Shown here: positions 20,284-29,900 of the stretch, piece by piece
Layout of the letters: the number at the start of each line of letters is the position of its first letter
Position numbering within the stretch: the stretch's first letter is position 1
Source: Candidatus Kapaibacterium sp.
GTDB lineage: Bacteria > Bacteroidota > Ignavibacteria > Kapaibacteriales > UBA2268
Reading direction: 5' to 3'
Assembly: GCA_963665665.1 (NCBI GenBank)
Contig: OY762428.1
Location: forward strand, 3,616,001 to 3,680,000
Length of the DNA: 64,000 bases
Program-made: the position numbers and the translations under genes
Notes under the pieces: generated by a model
The model's database searches: none
Told to the model about the DNA's origin: nothing
What the model saw: the letters and a program-made list of their open reading frames with translations, nothing else

Positions 20284-20844
20284 ATGAAAATATACTTATT
20301 CCTGATATTATTGTCATCTTTTATACTTCTGTCTTGCGATGAAAAGTCAGAATCAGAAAGAATTAAAAACAGGGCTGAGAAAAAGGAAAATATTACAATT
20401 CCGGGGGCTTATGATTCGCTCTTGCAAAATAGCAGATTTTCATCTCCGGAAAAATTAGTCATGGAGCTTTATAACTCTATAAGTTTCAAGAAAGATTCCC
20501 GCCCCCAACTTAATGAATTCAGGAAATTATTTCATGACGATGGAATTTTGAGAAGCTGCCGCAATAATAAAACTTTGACTCTTTCAGTTTCTGATTTCAT
20601 TAATAATTTTTACAAACAATCCAAATCAGGGAAATTATTATCATTTCAGGAATCTGAAGTAAAAACTGACTTTGAAGTATATGAATTTATAGCTTCTGCG
20701 AGTTCATCTTATACTACCACCGGTGAAACAGAAAAGGGTGAGTTTTGCAGGAAAGGAATAAACCTGATCCAGTTCACAAAATACAGGAACAGGTGGTACA
20801 TTAGCTCGATAATTTGGTCTGATGAAGATATTAAAAAGGATTGA
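20284..20844 (+). CDS. Lipoprotein with NTF2-like domain
   Basis: Lipobox LLSC; C-terminal GINLIQF...WYISSIIW typical of NTF2-like proteins. Confidence 0.75.
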   Translation: MKIYLFLILLSSFILLSCDEKSESERIKNRAEKKENITIPGAYDSLLQNSRFSSPEKLVMELYNSISFKKDSRPQLNEFRKLFHDDGILRSCRNNKTLTLSVSDFINNFYKQSKSGKLLSFQESEVKTDFEVYEFIASASSSYTTTGETEKGEFCRKGINLIQFTKYRNRWYISSIIWSDEDIKKD

Positions 20845-20848
20845 TTCT

Positions 20849-21523
20849 ATGCTAACTTTAACCGAAGAATTATTACTGCTCGGACTCCACGACGACAAAG
20901 GCAGCGTCGTATTCAATGCATCAACAGGATTGCCGTTCGGAATGGCCGGAACCATATTAATGGATCTGTTATTTCAAGACAAAATACTGCTTGAAAATGG
21001 TATTGTTAAGATCAAAAGCGAGTCACTTCCGGGAAATCCCATTCTTGACGATGCTTTGCTGGAGATGATTACATACAGAAAAGACAAAGATGTAAAATTC
21101 TGGGTAAACAGGATAAATTCCAAAGTTAAGAATATAAGGGAACGAACGGCTGAAATGCTGGTGCAAAAAGGAATCCTTAAAAAAGAAGAAAAGAAATTTC
21201 TTTTTGTTTTCACAACTGAAAGATACCCTACTTCAAATCCTGTTCCGGAAATTGAACTCCGCAAAAGGATAAAAGATATTGTGCTCGGCGGGGCTGCTGC
21301 AACCGAAAGAGAACTTACCCTGATTGGCCTGATTGAACCATGTGGCCTTGTGGAAGAAATCTTTGAAAAAAGTGAGAGGAAAACTGCCAAAGTAAACATG
21401 AAGAATCTTCAAAAGTCTAATGTTGGCAACGCTGTTAATAAGATAATACAGGAAATGACAACTGCTATCCTCGCAACGGTTATAGCAACCACTGCGGCAA
21501 CAACAGTTGTCACTTCAAGCTGA
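20849..21523 (+). CDS. GPP34/GOLPH3/Vps74 family protein
   Basis: MLTLTEELLLLGLHDDKG, LVQKGIL and FLFVF..RYP motifs. Confidence 0.9.
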   Translation: MLTLTEELLLLGLHDDKGSVVFNASTGLPFGMAGTILMDLLFQDKILLENGIVKIKSESLPGNPILDDALLEMITYRKDKDVKFWVNRINSKVKNIRERTAEMLVQKGILKKEEKKFLFVFTTERYPTSNPVPEIELRKRIKDIVLGGAAATERELTLIGLIEPCGLVEEIFEKSERKTAKVNMKNLQKSNVGNAVNKIIQEMTTAILATVIATTAATTVVTSS

Positions 21524-22126
21524 TCAACTAATTGGTTTTTCCCATCCGGAATCAAAAAATGTATTGCCGAGCGGCCTGCGGAAACGTTCCGCCGTTTCGG
21601 CTTTTTTATACCTGTCATCAAGGATATCCGGCTCGGCCTGGTATCCGATCGCTATCGCTACCATAGGTGTAAACCCATCCGGAACCTTGAAGTCACGAAT
21701 AATCTTATCACCGTCAAAACCTCCCATCGGATGTGCCATCAACCCAAGGCTGACAGCCTGAAGATAAATGTTTTCCGATGCTGCGCCTGTATCAAACTGC
21801 CCCCAGCGATTTGCCTCTCCGTTTTTACGGAATACTTCTGATGACAGCCCGAATAAGAGAACCGGTGCATTTTCAGCCCATCCCTGGTTCCACTCTCCCA
21901 GGCAGGCCATTGCCCGGTTGTATGCCTCTTCGTTATGATTCCTGTCGAACACCATGAACCGCCAGGGTTCATCACCAAAGCAGGAGGGAGCCCATCTTCC
22001 GGCTTCACAAACGGAGAGTATATCTTCCCTGCCAACTGTCCTTTTCTTGTCAAATGCACGGGGACTCCATCTTTTTGCTAAAATTTCTGCTAATTTGGAG
22101 TCAGTTATCGCCAATTTATCTTTCAT
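21524..22126 (-). CDS. Nitroreductase family protein
   Basis: RWSPRAF, WAPSCFGDEPWRF, DTGAA and HPMGGFD motifs. Confidence 0.93.
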   Translation of the reverse strand: MKDKLAITDSKLAEILAKRWSPRAFDKKRTVGREDILSVCEAGRWAPSCFGDEPWRFMVFDRNHNEEAYNRAMACLGEWNQGWAENAPVLLFGLSSEVFRKNGEANRWGQFDTGAASENIYLQAVSLGLMAHPMGGFDGDKIIRDFKVPDGFTPMVAIAIGYQAEPDILDDRYKKAETAERFRRPLGNTFFDSGWEKPIS

Positions 22127-22149
22127 ACAATTACCTTCTTTAATAGTGT

Positions 22150-22740
22150 ATAGAATAATTGAATGAGACGAATTTATTCTTAAATATTTTCCAATATTAG
22201 AATTGGAATATATTTTTGAGCTATTGTATTTTTAGAACTACACAATATTAAATGCTAATTATATAATTAGCTATGGCTAATTAGGATGGCTAAATATAAC
22301 CATAATTTTCCACAATGTTATCCACACAAGTTATTTAAATCACATCTGTATTATTTTGAAGGAATATTGTAGTAATATTCAGCCTCTTTTGTTAATTTCC
22401 TAAAAGCAGTTATTTATTATGAAAATATAATAATCTATGTAAATTATTGTAATATAAGGAAAAGTAAAATTGCAAGAATTATTTTTCCACAAAATTGCTT
22501 CTTAACACAATTTTAATCGTATCAAAACTATGGTTATGTCCTAAAACCCCATCAATAATAAGTTTCGAAGGGAATAATTCAAAAAAAGAAAGTTTTCCAC
22601 AGCCTGTGTGGAAAAAAATGAAGTTGTGTAGAGAAAAAATTGTTGACTTTTCTAACGCACAATATTTTCAAAACAGTTATTAATTTTCGTTAAAAACAAA
22701 TATAATTTTGATTAAAATTATATGTTTCTGCAATGTTTTG
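22150..22740. other. Candidate replication origin (DnaA-box cluster in AT-rich intergenic DNA)
   Basis: TTATCCACA at 22318-22326; TTTTCCACA at 22306-22314, 22483-22491 and 22593-22601; TGTGGAAAA at 22607-22615. Confidence 0.65.
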
Positions 22741-22763
22741 TAATTGAATATGTTGCTGAAAAT

Positions 22764-23123
22764 TTATATCCATTCACCTATACTGCCATCTGAATTATCA
22801 CCTGTATTAATAGTGCCCGCAGGTTCAATAAGCATTACGGAACATTCCTCTTTAGCAACGGGCTTGTGCTCGATACCTTTGGGAATAACCAGCATTTCTC
22901 CCTCGTTCAAACAAACAGTTCCGTTTCTGAATTCAATATCCAGTGTTCCTTTTATCACAAGAAACATTTCGTCAGCATCATTATGCACATGCCAGACGAA
23001 ATCGCCTTTGAGCTTTGCCAGTTTAACGTGATTATCATTAAGGGAAGCAATTATTCTCGGGCTGTAATGTTCTGTGAACAAAGATAGTTTCTCGTTGATA
23101 TTTATAGATTTTGGTATATCCAT
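22764..23123 (-). CDS. Cupin domain protein
   Basis: FVWHVHNDADEMF and IPKGIEHKP motifs. Confidence 0.9.
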   Translation of the reverse strand: MDIPKSININEKLSLFTEHYSPRIIASLNDNHVKLAKLKGDFVWHVHNDADEMFLVIKGTLDIEFRNGTVCLNEGEMLVIPKGIEHKPVAKEECSVMLIEPAGTINTGDNSDGSIGEWI

Positions 23124-23133
23124 ATTAATCAGT

Positions 23134-23865
23134 TTAAATTTTCTCAAAATTCAGTTTCGCTCTGAATGACTCATTATCGATTGTCAAGTTCCTGCCGCTG
23201 AAAAGAAAGCAATCACCGGATTGAAATTTTGATATTTCCAGAACGTCACCGGGTTTGGTTTCATGCATAAAATTAATTTTCGCACGTTTAAGCATCATTT
23301 TGTTCCAATACTCAATATCAATCATACTGCTAACCCATCTCAGGTATTTAGCATTATTCACGTGCCCGTTGATATCAAAATCCGGGTATGACGACTTTCG
23401 GATAATTTTAAGATCAGGGTTATTATCAGGAATATCAGGCCTTGAGAAATCAACTTCAAGTGAATTCTCGCTGACGATATCCTTATCAGCTATAAATTGT
23501 GCAGGTTTTACAGGCCTTTTTTTGATGCTGTCAACAAGAAGCCAGGAACTGGCAGCCCTGCATATAATATTTCCTTCGGAATTTAAAATCTGGTAATCCC
23601 TAAGCCCGTAAAATCTCTCAGCTCCGCGAGACCAGGTTTTCACTTCAATTTGATCTTTGAAAGTCGGATATTGTGTCATCTCAAATTCTATTGAATTCAA
23701 TACCCAGAATAATTTTCTTTCAGTCATGTCTTTATAGCCGAAACCAAGTTTCAAAGCATGTTGTTCGGCATTTTCCTGGAAATAATTTAAAATACCTTCG
23801 GGCATCAGCCTTCCAAGAAGGTCGGTATTCCATGTGTTTATCTTAAAATAATCCGAATGTTTCAT
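23134..23865 (-). CDS. Acyl-ACP thioesterase (FatA/FatB-like)
   Basis: Double hotdog fold; FQENA..HA and DINGHVNNAKYLRW motifs. Confidence 0.9.
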   Translation of the reverse strand: MKHSDYFKINTWNTDLLGRLMPEGILNYFQENAEQHALKLGFGYKDMTERKLFWVLNSIEFEMTQYPTFKDQIEVKTWSRGAERFYGLRDYQILNSEGNIICRAASSWLLVDSIKKRPVKPAQFIADKDIVSENSLEVDFSRPDIPDNNPDLKIIRKSSYPDFDINGHVNNAKYLRWVSSMIDIEYWNKMMLKRAKINFMHETKPGDVLEISKFQSGDCFLFSGRNLTIDNESFRAKLNFEKI

Positions 23866-24013
23866 TTTATCCCCGACATTACCAGTATTTTTTATTTTCA
23901 AAAAGCCTAAAATATTTATATGTTATTGTCGAAAACAAATGTAAGAGATTATTTTGATAAAATTCAATAAATTGTAATAATAATTGAATACAAAATTGAA
24001 ATTGAAGAAAAAT

Positions 24014-25942
24014 ATGAAAATATCGAAATACGGATTGTTCAGGGTTGCAGTAGCTACTCCGGAAACACGTGTAGCTGATGTTGAATTTAACACTGAAAAA
24101 ATAGTCAGGTTAGTTGAAAAATCTTCTGAAAAAGGAGCAGTGCTGCTTGTCACTCCTGAATTATCACTGAGTTCATATACCTGCGGTGATTTGTTTTTCG
24201 AGAAAAAACTTAGGTCGGAAGTATTAAAATCTTTAGAACTGATTGCGGCAAAAACAAAAGAAACATCAACAGCAGTTATTGTCGGTGCTCCGATCAGTTC
24301 CAACGGCAGATTGTATAATTGTGCCGTAATGATAAATAACGGAAATGTGGAAGGGATAGTTCCCAAAACATACCTGTGCAATACAAATGAATATTATGAG
24401 GAAAGATGGTTCTCGTCTGAAAAGGACAGGGTAGAGGATTTTATCAGCTTAGGCAGCAATGAAATTCCCTTTGGAGCCGATATTCTATTTGAAATTTCAG
24501 AATTAAATGTAAAAATTGGGATTGAAATCTGTGAAGACCTATGGGCTGTTATACCTCCGAGCCTCGGAATGGCATCGGCAGGAGCAAATATCATTTGCAA
24601 TTTGTCTGCCAGTGATGAAAAACTTGAAAAAATGCAATTGCGTAAAGATGTTGTAAAAATGCAGTCGGCAAGGTGTTTTGGCGCCTATCTGTATTCTGCA
24701 TGCGGCCCCGGTGAATCTACAGGCGACCTTGTTTATTCAGGCCATTCAATGATAGCCGAAAACGGGAATATTATTTCTGAAACAGAAAGATTCAGTTTTA
24801 AAGATCAACTGATAGTAAAAGATATTGATATTGATTACCTTGAAGATTCAAGGCTTAGAAATAACAGCTACGGGTTTTCAGCATTACCATTTGATTACAG
24901 AATAATACCCATCGCGTTCGATGAAAAGAATACAGATGAGATATATCTTAATATTGATTCCACACCTTTCATTCCCAAAGAGGACAGTAATGCATATTTC
25001 AGGGAAGTTATTGATATTCAAACAACAGGGCTTGCAAAAAGGATTATGCATATTGGCTGCAAAAATGTTGTAATTGGTATTTCAGGCGGGCTTGATTCTA
25101 CACTGGCACTTCTGATATGTGCTTCAGCATTCGAGAAATTAAATCTTGATAAAAAAGGTATTCATGCCATAACAATGCCCGGTTTCGGAACAACGGGCCG
25201 AACAAGGGGAAATGCTGAAAAGCTGGCTGATCTTTTAGAGATAAGTTTAAAAGAAATTCCAATATCGGATTCTGTTCTTCAGCATTTTAAGGATATTGGC
25301 CATAACCCTGAGACAAAAGATATTGTTTATGAAAATGCACAGGCCAGAGAAAGAACACAGATATTAATGGACTATGCCAATATTGTAAGTGGTATTGTTG
25401 TTGGTACGGGGGACCTTTCCGAGCTTGCGCTCGGCTGGGCGACTTATAATGGTGATCAGATGTCCATGTACGGGGTAAATGCCGGAATTCCAAAAACATT
25501 GTTAAAGGAAGTTGTCCGGTTTAAAGCTTCGAGTGAATCAAATAAGGATATATCTCAGGTGTTACTGGATATAATTGATACACCAATTTCCCCGGAATTA
25601 CTACCTGCTGATGAAGGTGGTAATATTAAGCAAAAAACAGAAGACAAACTGGGGCCTTATGAAGTTCATGATTTTATATTGTTTCATTTACTCAGAAGGC
25701 ATTTTTCCCCGGGGAAAATATTTTTACTGGCTGAAAGGGCATTTGCCGGGCAGTACGGGGGTGAACAACTTAAAAGCTGGTTCAAGTTGTTTTATTCCAG
25801 GTTCTTCAGCCAGCAATTCAAACGTTCGGCAATGCCCGACGGGGCAAAAATCGGTTTTTACGGTTTGTCTCCCCGTGGAGACTGGCGAATGCCAAGCGAT
25901 GCAACTGCGGTAATATGGCTAAAAGAAATAGATGAATTATAA
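24014..25942 (+). CDS. nadE: Glutamine-dependent NAD+ synthetase
   Basis: Nitrilase domain (PEL, PKTYL, EICEDLW) plus SGGLDST, ENAQARER and SQQFKRS. Confidence 0.96.
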   Translation: MKISKYGLFRVAVATPETRVADVEFNTEKIVRLVEKSSEKGAVLLVTPELSLSSYTCGDLFFEKKLRSEVLKSLELIAAKTKETSTAVIVGAPISSNGRLYNCAVMINNGNVEGIVPKTYLCNTNEYYEERWFSSEKDRVEDFISLGSNEIPFGADILFEISELNVKIGIEICEDLWAVIPPSLGMASAGANIICNLSASDEKLEKMQLRKDVVKMQSARCFGAYLYSACGPGESTGDLVYSGHSMIAENGNIISETERFSFKDQLIVKDIDIDYLEDSRLRNNSYGFSALPFDYRIIPIAFDEKNTDEIYLNIDSTPFIPKEDSNAYFREVIDIQTTGLAKRIMHIGCKNVVIGISGGLDSTLALLICASAFEKLNLDKKGIHAITMPGFGTTGRTRGNAEKLADLLEISLKEIPISDSVLQHFKDIGHNPETKDIVYENAQARERTQILMDYANIVSGIVVGTGDLSELALGWATYNGDQMSMYGVNAGIPKTLLKEVVRFKASSESNKDISQVLLDIIDTPISPELLPADEGGNIKQKTEDKLGPYEVHDFILFHLLRRHFSPGKIFLLAERAFAGQYGGEQLKSWFKLFYSRFFSQQFKRSAMPDGAKIGFYGLSPRGDWRMPSDATAVIWLKEIDEL

Positions 25943-26009
25943 ATAATTGGTCTGTTTTTTGATTATATGTATTTTTGTATTAACTATATTTCAGAATAAA
26001 GCAATTGTA

Positions 26010-26669
26010 ATGGCAGAAACAGGATATACAGGAAAAATCAGAGTAATATTGGCGGACGATCATGAAATAGTCAGAGCCGGAATGAAAAGGCTTATTTCTA
26101 TTGATAAAGATATAGAAATAGTTGACGAAGCCAAAAATGGCCAGGAAGCTGTTGAATTAGTAACGTATCATAAACCGGATATTGCCATTCTTGATATTCT
26201 TATGCCAAGAATGAATGGAATCGATGCTGCTGCAAAAATTAAAGAGAAGTTTCCGGAAATTCTTGTTATTATGCTTACTGCATTCGAGGATCATGATCAC
26301 GTGGAAAATGCTATTTCGGCAGGAGCGAATGGGTATCTGATAAAGGATATCAGCGCGAAAGAGCTAACCAAAGCTATACGGCAGGTAATGAATGGCGAAA
26401 GGGTTTTTACAAATTCAATTATTAAGTTGATGCAGAAGAAGTATGTGAAGGATAGTTCAGATTCAGAAAAATCTATTGTTATTACAAAAAGGGAGCAGGA
26501 GATACTGAACCTGGTGGCAAAGGGGAAGACCAGTCCGGAAATTGCAGAGGTATTGTTTATCAGTACCCGCACAGTTGAATCTCATCGCTATAACCTTATG
26601 CAAAAGCTTGGAGTTAAAAATGCTGCCGGCTTGGTTCGTTATGCTGTTTCACAAAGTAAGTCATTATAG
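26010..26669 (+). CDS. NarL/LuxR-family response regulator
   Basis: ADDHEIVR, LDILMP and HTH ITKREQEIL...STRTVESHRYNLMQKL. Confidence 0.95.
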   Translation: MAETGYTGKIRVILADDHEIVRAGMKRLISIDKDIEIVDEAKNGQEAVELVTYHKPDIAILDILMPRMNGIDAAAKIKEKFPEILVIMLTAFEDHDHVENAISAGANGYLIKDISAKELTKAIRQVMNGERVFTNSIIKLMQKKYVKDSSDSEKSIVITKREQEILNLVAKGKTSPEIAEVLFISTRTVESHRYNLMQKLGVKNAAGLVRYAVSQSKSL

Positions 26670-26836
26670 ATATATTTTTAGTTAATAGCTTGTTTGAATT
26701 TCTTTCTTCACCCCGAAAAGTTAAATGGTAAGAAAAAATTTGGTGTGTAATTATTAAGTATTATAATGTCAAATTATGATTAATATATTTTAATCATAAT
26801 TTAATATTATCGTCCTGGCTAATATTATTTGTACAT

Positions 26837-26881
26837 TCAGTAATTATACTGATTGATATTCGTTCAATAAAGATGTAATTT
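26837..26881 (+). promoter_or_regulatory. Putative activator-dependent promoter: palindrome TCAGTA-N4-TACTGA abutting TTGATA-17-TAATTT
   Basis: Same architecture and spacing as 43215-43259. Confidence 0.7.
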
Positions 26882-26939
26882 GAAACTACTATGATGAAAC
26901 TGATTTGAAAAATTGATAATTATATTTAACGGGGATCCT

Positions 26940-29900
26940 ATGAGAACTCTGCTACGACATGAAATAGATAGTAAAAAAATTCTAATATTTTTAATTGCTT
27001 TTATAGTTTTTGCTTCACCAGCCTTGGCCCAAACAGAGAATGTAGGGATAGGGACAACCTCACCTGATAATTCTGCGCTTCTTGATGTGGATGTATCATC
27101 AATGGCAACGAAAAGGGGTTTTTTAATTCCCAGGATGACAACTGCGGAAAGAAATTCAATAACCAGCCCGGCTACGGGCCTTGTTGTTTACAATACTGAT
27201 AATGGAAGATTTGAATATAATAACAATACTCCGGCAGCGCCAAACTGGGTTGGGCTGATCTCATCCGAAGCTACTGTGCCTTTTAACCTGATAACAGCTG
27301 GTACTAATTCCGGCCAGGCTTTATTGATTGGTGACGGTTCAACATTGGGGCCTACAGGAACCGGTACTATTACAGCAAATATTTTCACGGGTACAGGTTC
27401 TACATCTGATATGGTTGATCTTGCCACAGGCGAGGTTTCCGGTGTTTTGCCGATTGCAAATGGTGGAACTAATTCATCAGCAGCACTTATCAATGATCAG
27501 TTAATGATCTCATCCGGCGGAGCTATTGTTGAAGCCGGTGCGATGACTGACGGACAACTTGTAATTGGTTCTTCTGGTGCTGCTCCTGTTGTTACGACTT
27601 TAACCGAAGGGGCAAATATATCAATAACTAATGCTCCGGGTTCAATCACAATTGCTTCAGATTTACCGGCTTTAAATTCTGCTGAAATATGGATAGGTGA
27701 TGCCTCAAGCCAGGCTGTATCCCAGTCGATTGGCGGAGATGCCGGCCTTGCTCTTGATGGTACATTAACACTTGCCACTACGGCAGTATCGCCCGGGACT
27801 TATGGTAACGCCACGCAGGTGGCCACTTTCACGGTTGATACGAAAGGACGTTTAACAGCTGCAGGCAATCAGGATATCAGCGGTGTATCACCGGTTGGAA
27901 GTGCCTTGAACCAGACCCAGGTATGGATAGGCGATGCATCAAACCAGGCTGCGGCTCAAACTATTGGTGGCGATGCCACTATTGCTGCAAACGGGGACCT
28001 GACACTGGCTACTACGGCAGTATCTGCCGGGTCTTATGGTAACGCCACGCAGGTGGCCACTTTCACGGTTGATACGAAGGGACGTTTAACAGCTGCAGGC
28101 AATCAGGATATCAGCGGTGTATCACCGGTTGGAAGTGCCTTGAACCAGACCCAGGTATGGATTGGTGATGCATCTAACCAGGCAGCGGCTCAAACTATTG
28201 GTGGCGATGCCACTATTGCTGCAAACGGGGACCTGACACTGGCTACCACGTCAGTATCTGCCGGGACTTATGGTAACGCCACGCAGGTGGCCACTTTCAC
28301 GGTTGATACGAAGGGACGTTTAACAGCTGCAGGCAATCAGGATATCAGTGGTGTATCACCGGTTGGAAGTGCCTTGAACCAGGCCCAGGTATGGATAGGT
28401 GATGCATCTAACCAGGCAGCGGCTCAAACAATTGGTGGTGATGCCACTATTGCTGCAAACGGGGATTTAACTCTTGAACCTTCAGGAGTTACTGCTGCTA
28501 TTTATGGTGATGGCCTTAGTGTTCCGCAATTAACTGTAAATGCAAAAGGCCTTTTAACTTCAGTTACAAATACAACTATAACTTCAAATTCATCAACAAG
28601 CGCGGGTATAGTTGCATCCGGAGCCGGTCAGGCTAATCAGATATGGAAAACTGATGCAACAGGAAATCCTGCATGGAGGGATGATGCAACGGGTATTACA
28701 AGTATAACAGCAGGTACAGGCCTTGACGGCGGTACTATAACTACTACAGGAACGATTGACCTGGCTAATACTACTGTAACACCAGGTTCTTATGGCAGCG
28801 CAACTGAAGTAGCAACTTTTACTGTTGATGCACAGGGCAGGCTGACTGCTGCTGCTAATACAACAATAAGCGGTGTTGCTCCGGGCGGAGCTGCCGGAGG
28901 TGACCTGAGTGGCTCTTATCCCAATCCGGATATTGCCGCTGGGGTTATTATAAATGCTGATATTAATAACAGTGCTGAAATAGATGTATCAAAATTGGCA
29001 GAGGGCGGGACTACCGGTGAGCTTATCCGTACAAACGGTACGGATGTAGAATGGTGGTCCCCCGATTTTCCGACTGGATCAGGAGCAGCAAACCAGGTAA
29101 CATACTGGAGCGGTGTCGGAACTATTACTTCATCAGCCAATTATACTTATGATGGATCTGATCTGGGGCTGACAGGTAATGCCGGAATCACTGGTGACCT
29201 TGACGTAACCGGAACAATTGGTATTATAAACGGAACCGGCGGCGAAAATACTTTTACAACAATTGCCGGGCAGAGTGCTGTGATTAATTACAATCTGCCT
29301 TCAGCCTTACCGGTTTCCACGGGATTTCTTCAATCAAATTCAACAGGACAGTTATCCTGGGTTGATTTTACTTTTCCGACCGGAACAGAAGGACAGACAG
29401 TAAGGTTCGACAATGCCGGACAAATGGAAGCAAGCAGCGCAATTTATAATGACGGATCAAATATCGGTATGGGGCTGACTTCGGCAATAGGTTCCAGGCT
29501 TGTTGTGAAAGGAAGCGGTAATACCATTGCCACAAGCGCTTTGAATGTTACTAATAATGCAGACAATTCTTTGCTTTTCGTTCGGGATGACGGAAAAGTT
29601 GGAATTGGCAATAATACTCCTGGGGCTTTGCTTGATGTTGACGGAAGCGCAATATTCAATGAGAGCGGTACGGACGTAGATTTTCGTGTGGAATCTGATA
29701 ATCTTACTCACATGTTTTTTGTTGATGGTGAAGGAGACCAGATCGGGATAGGTACATCAAACCCTACTTCAACAGTTACTCTTGATATAATTGGTAATAC
29801 AAGAATTGAAGGTGACCTGGAAGTTACCGGCGAGATTGACCCTGTATCAGTTATTTACCAGCCTCAGGCCACAGCGCCGGCTGCATTAAAAGGAAAACTT

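Noticed and set aside
22495-22683. 62-aa ORF
   Set aside because: TTG start, no recognisable motifs, and it overlaps the DnaA boxes.
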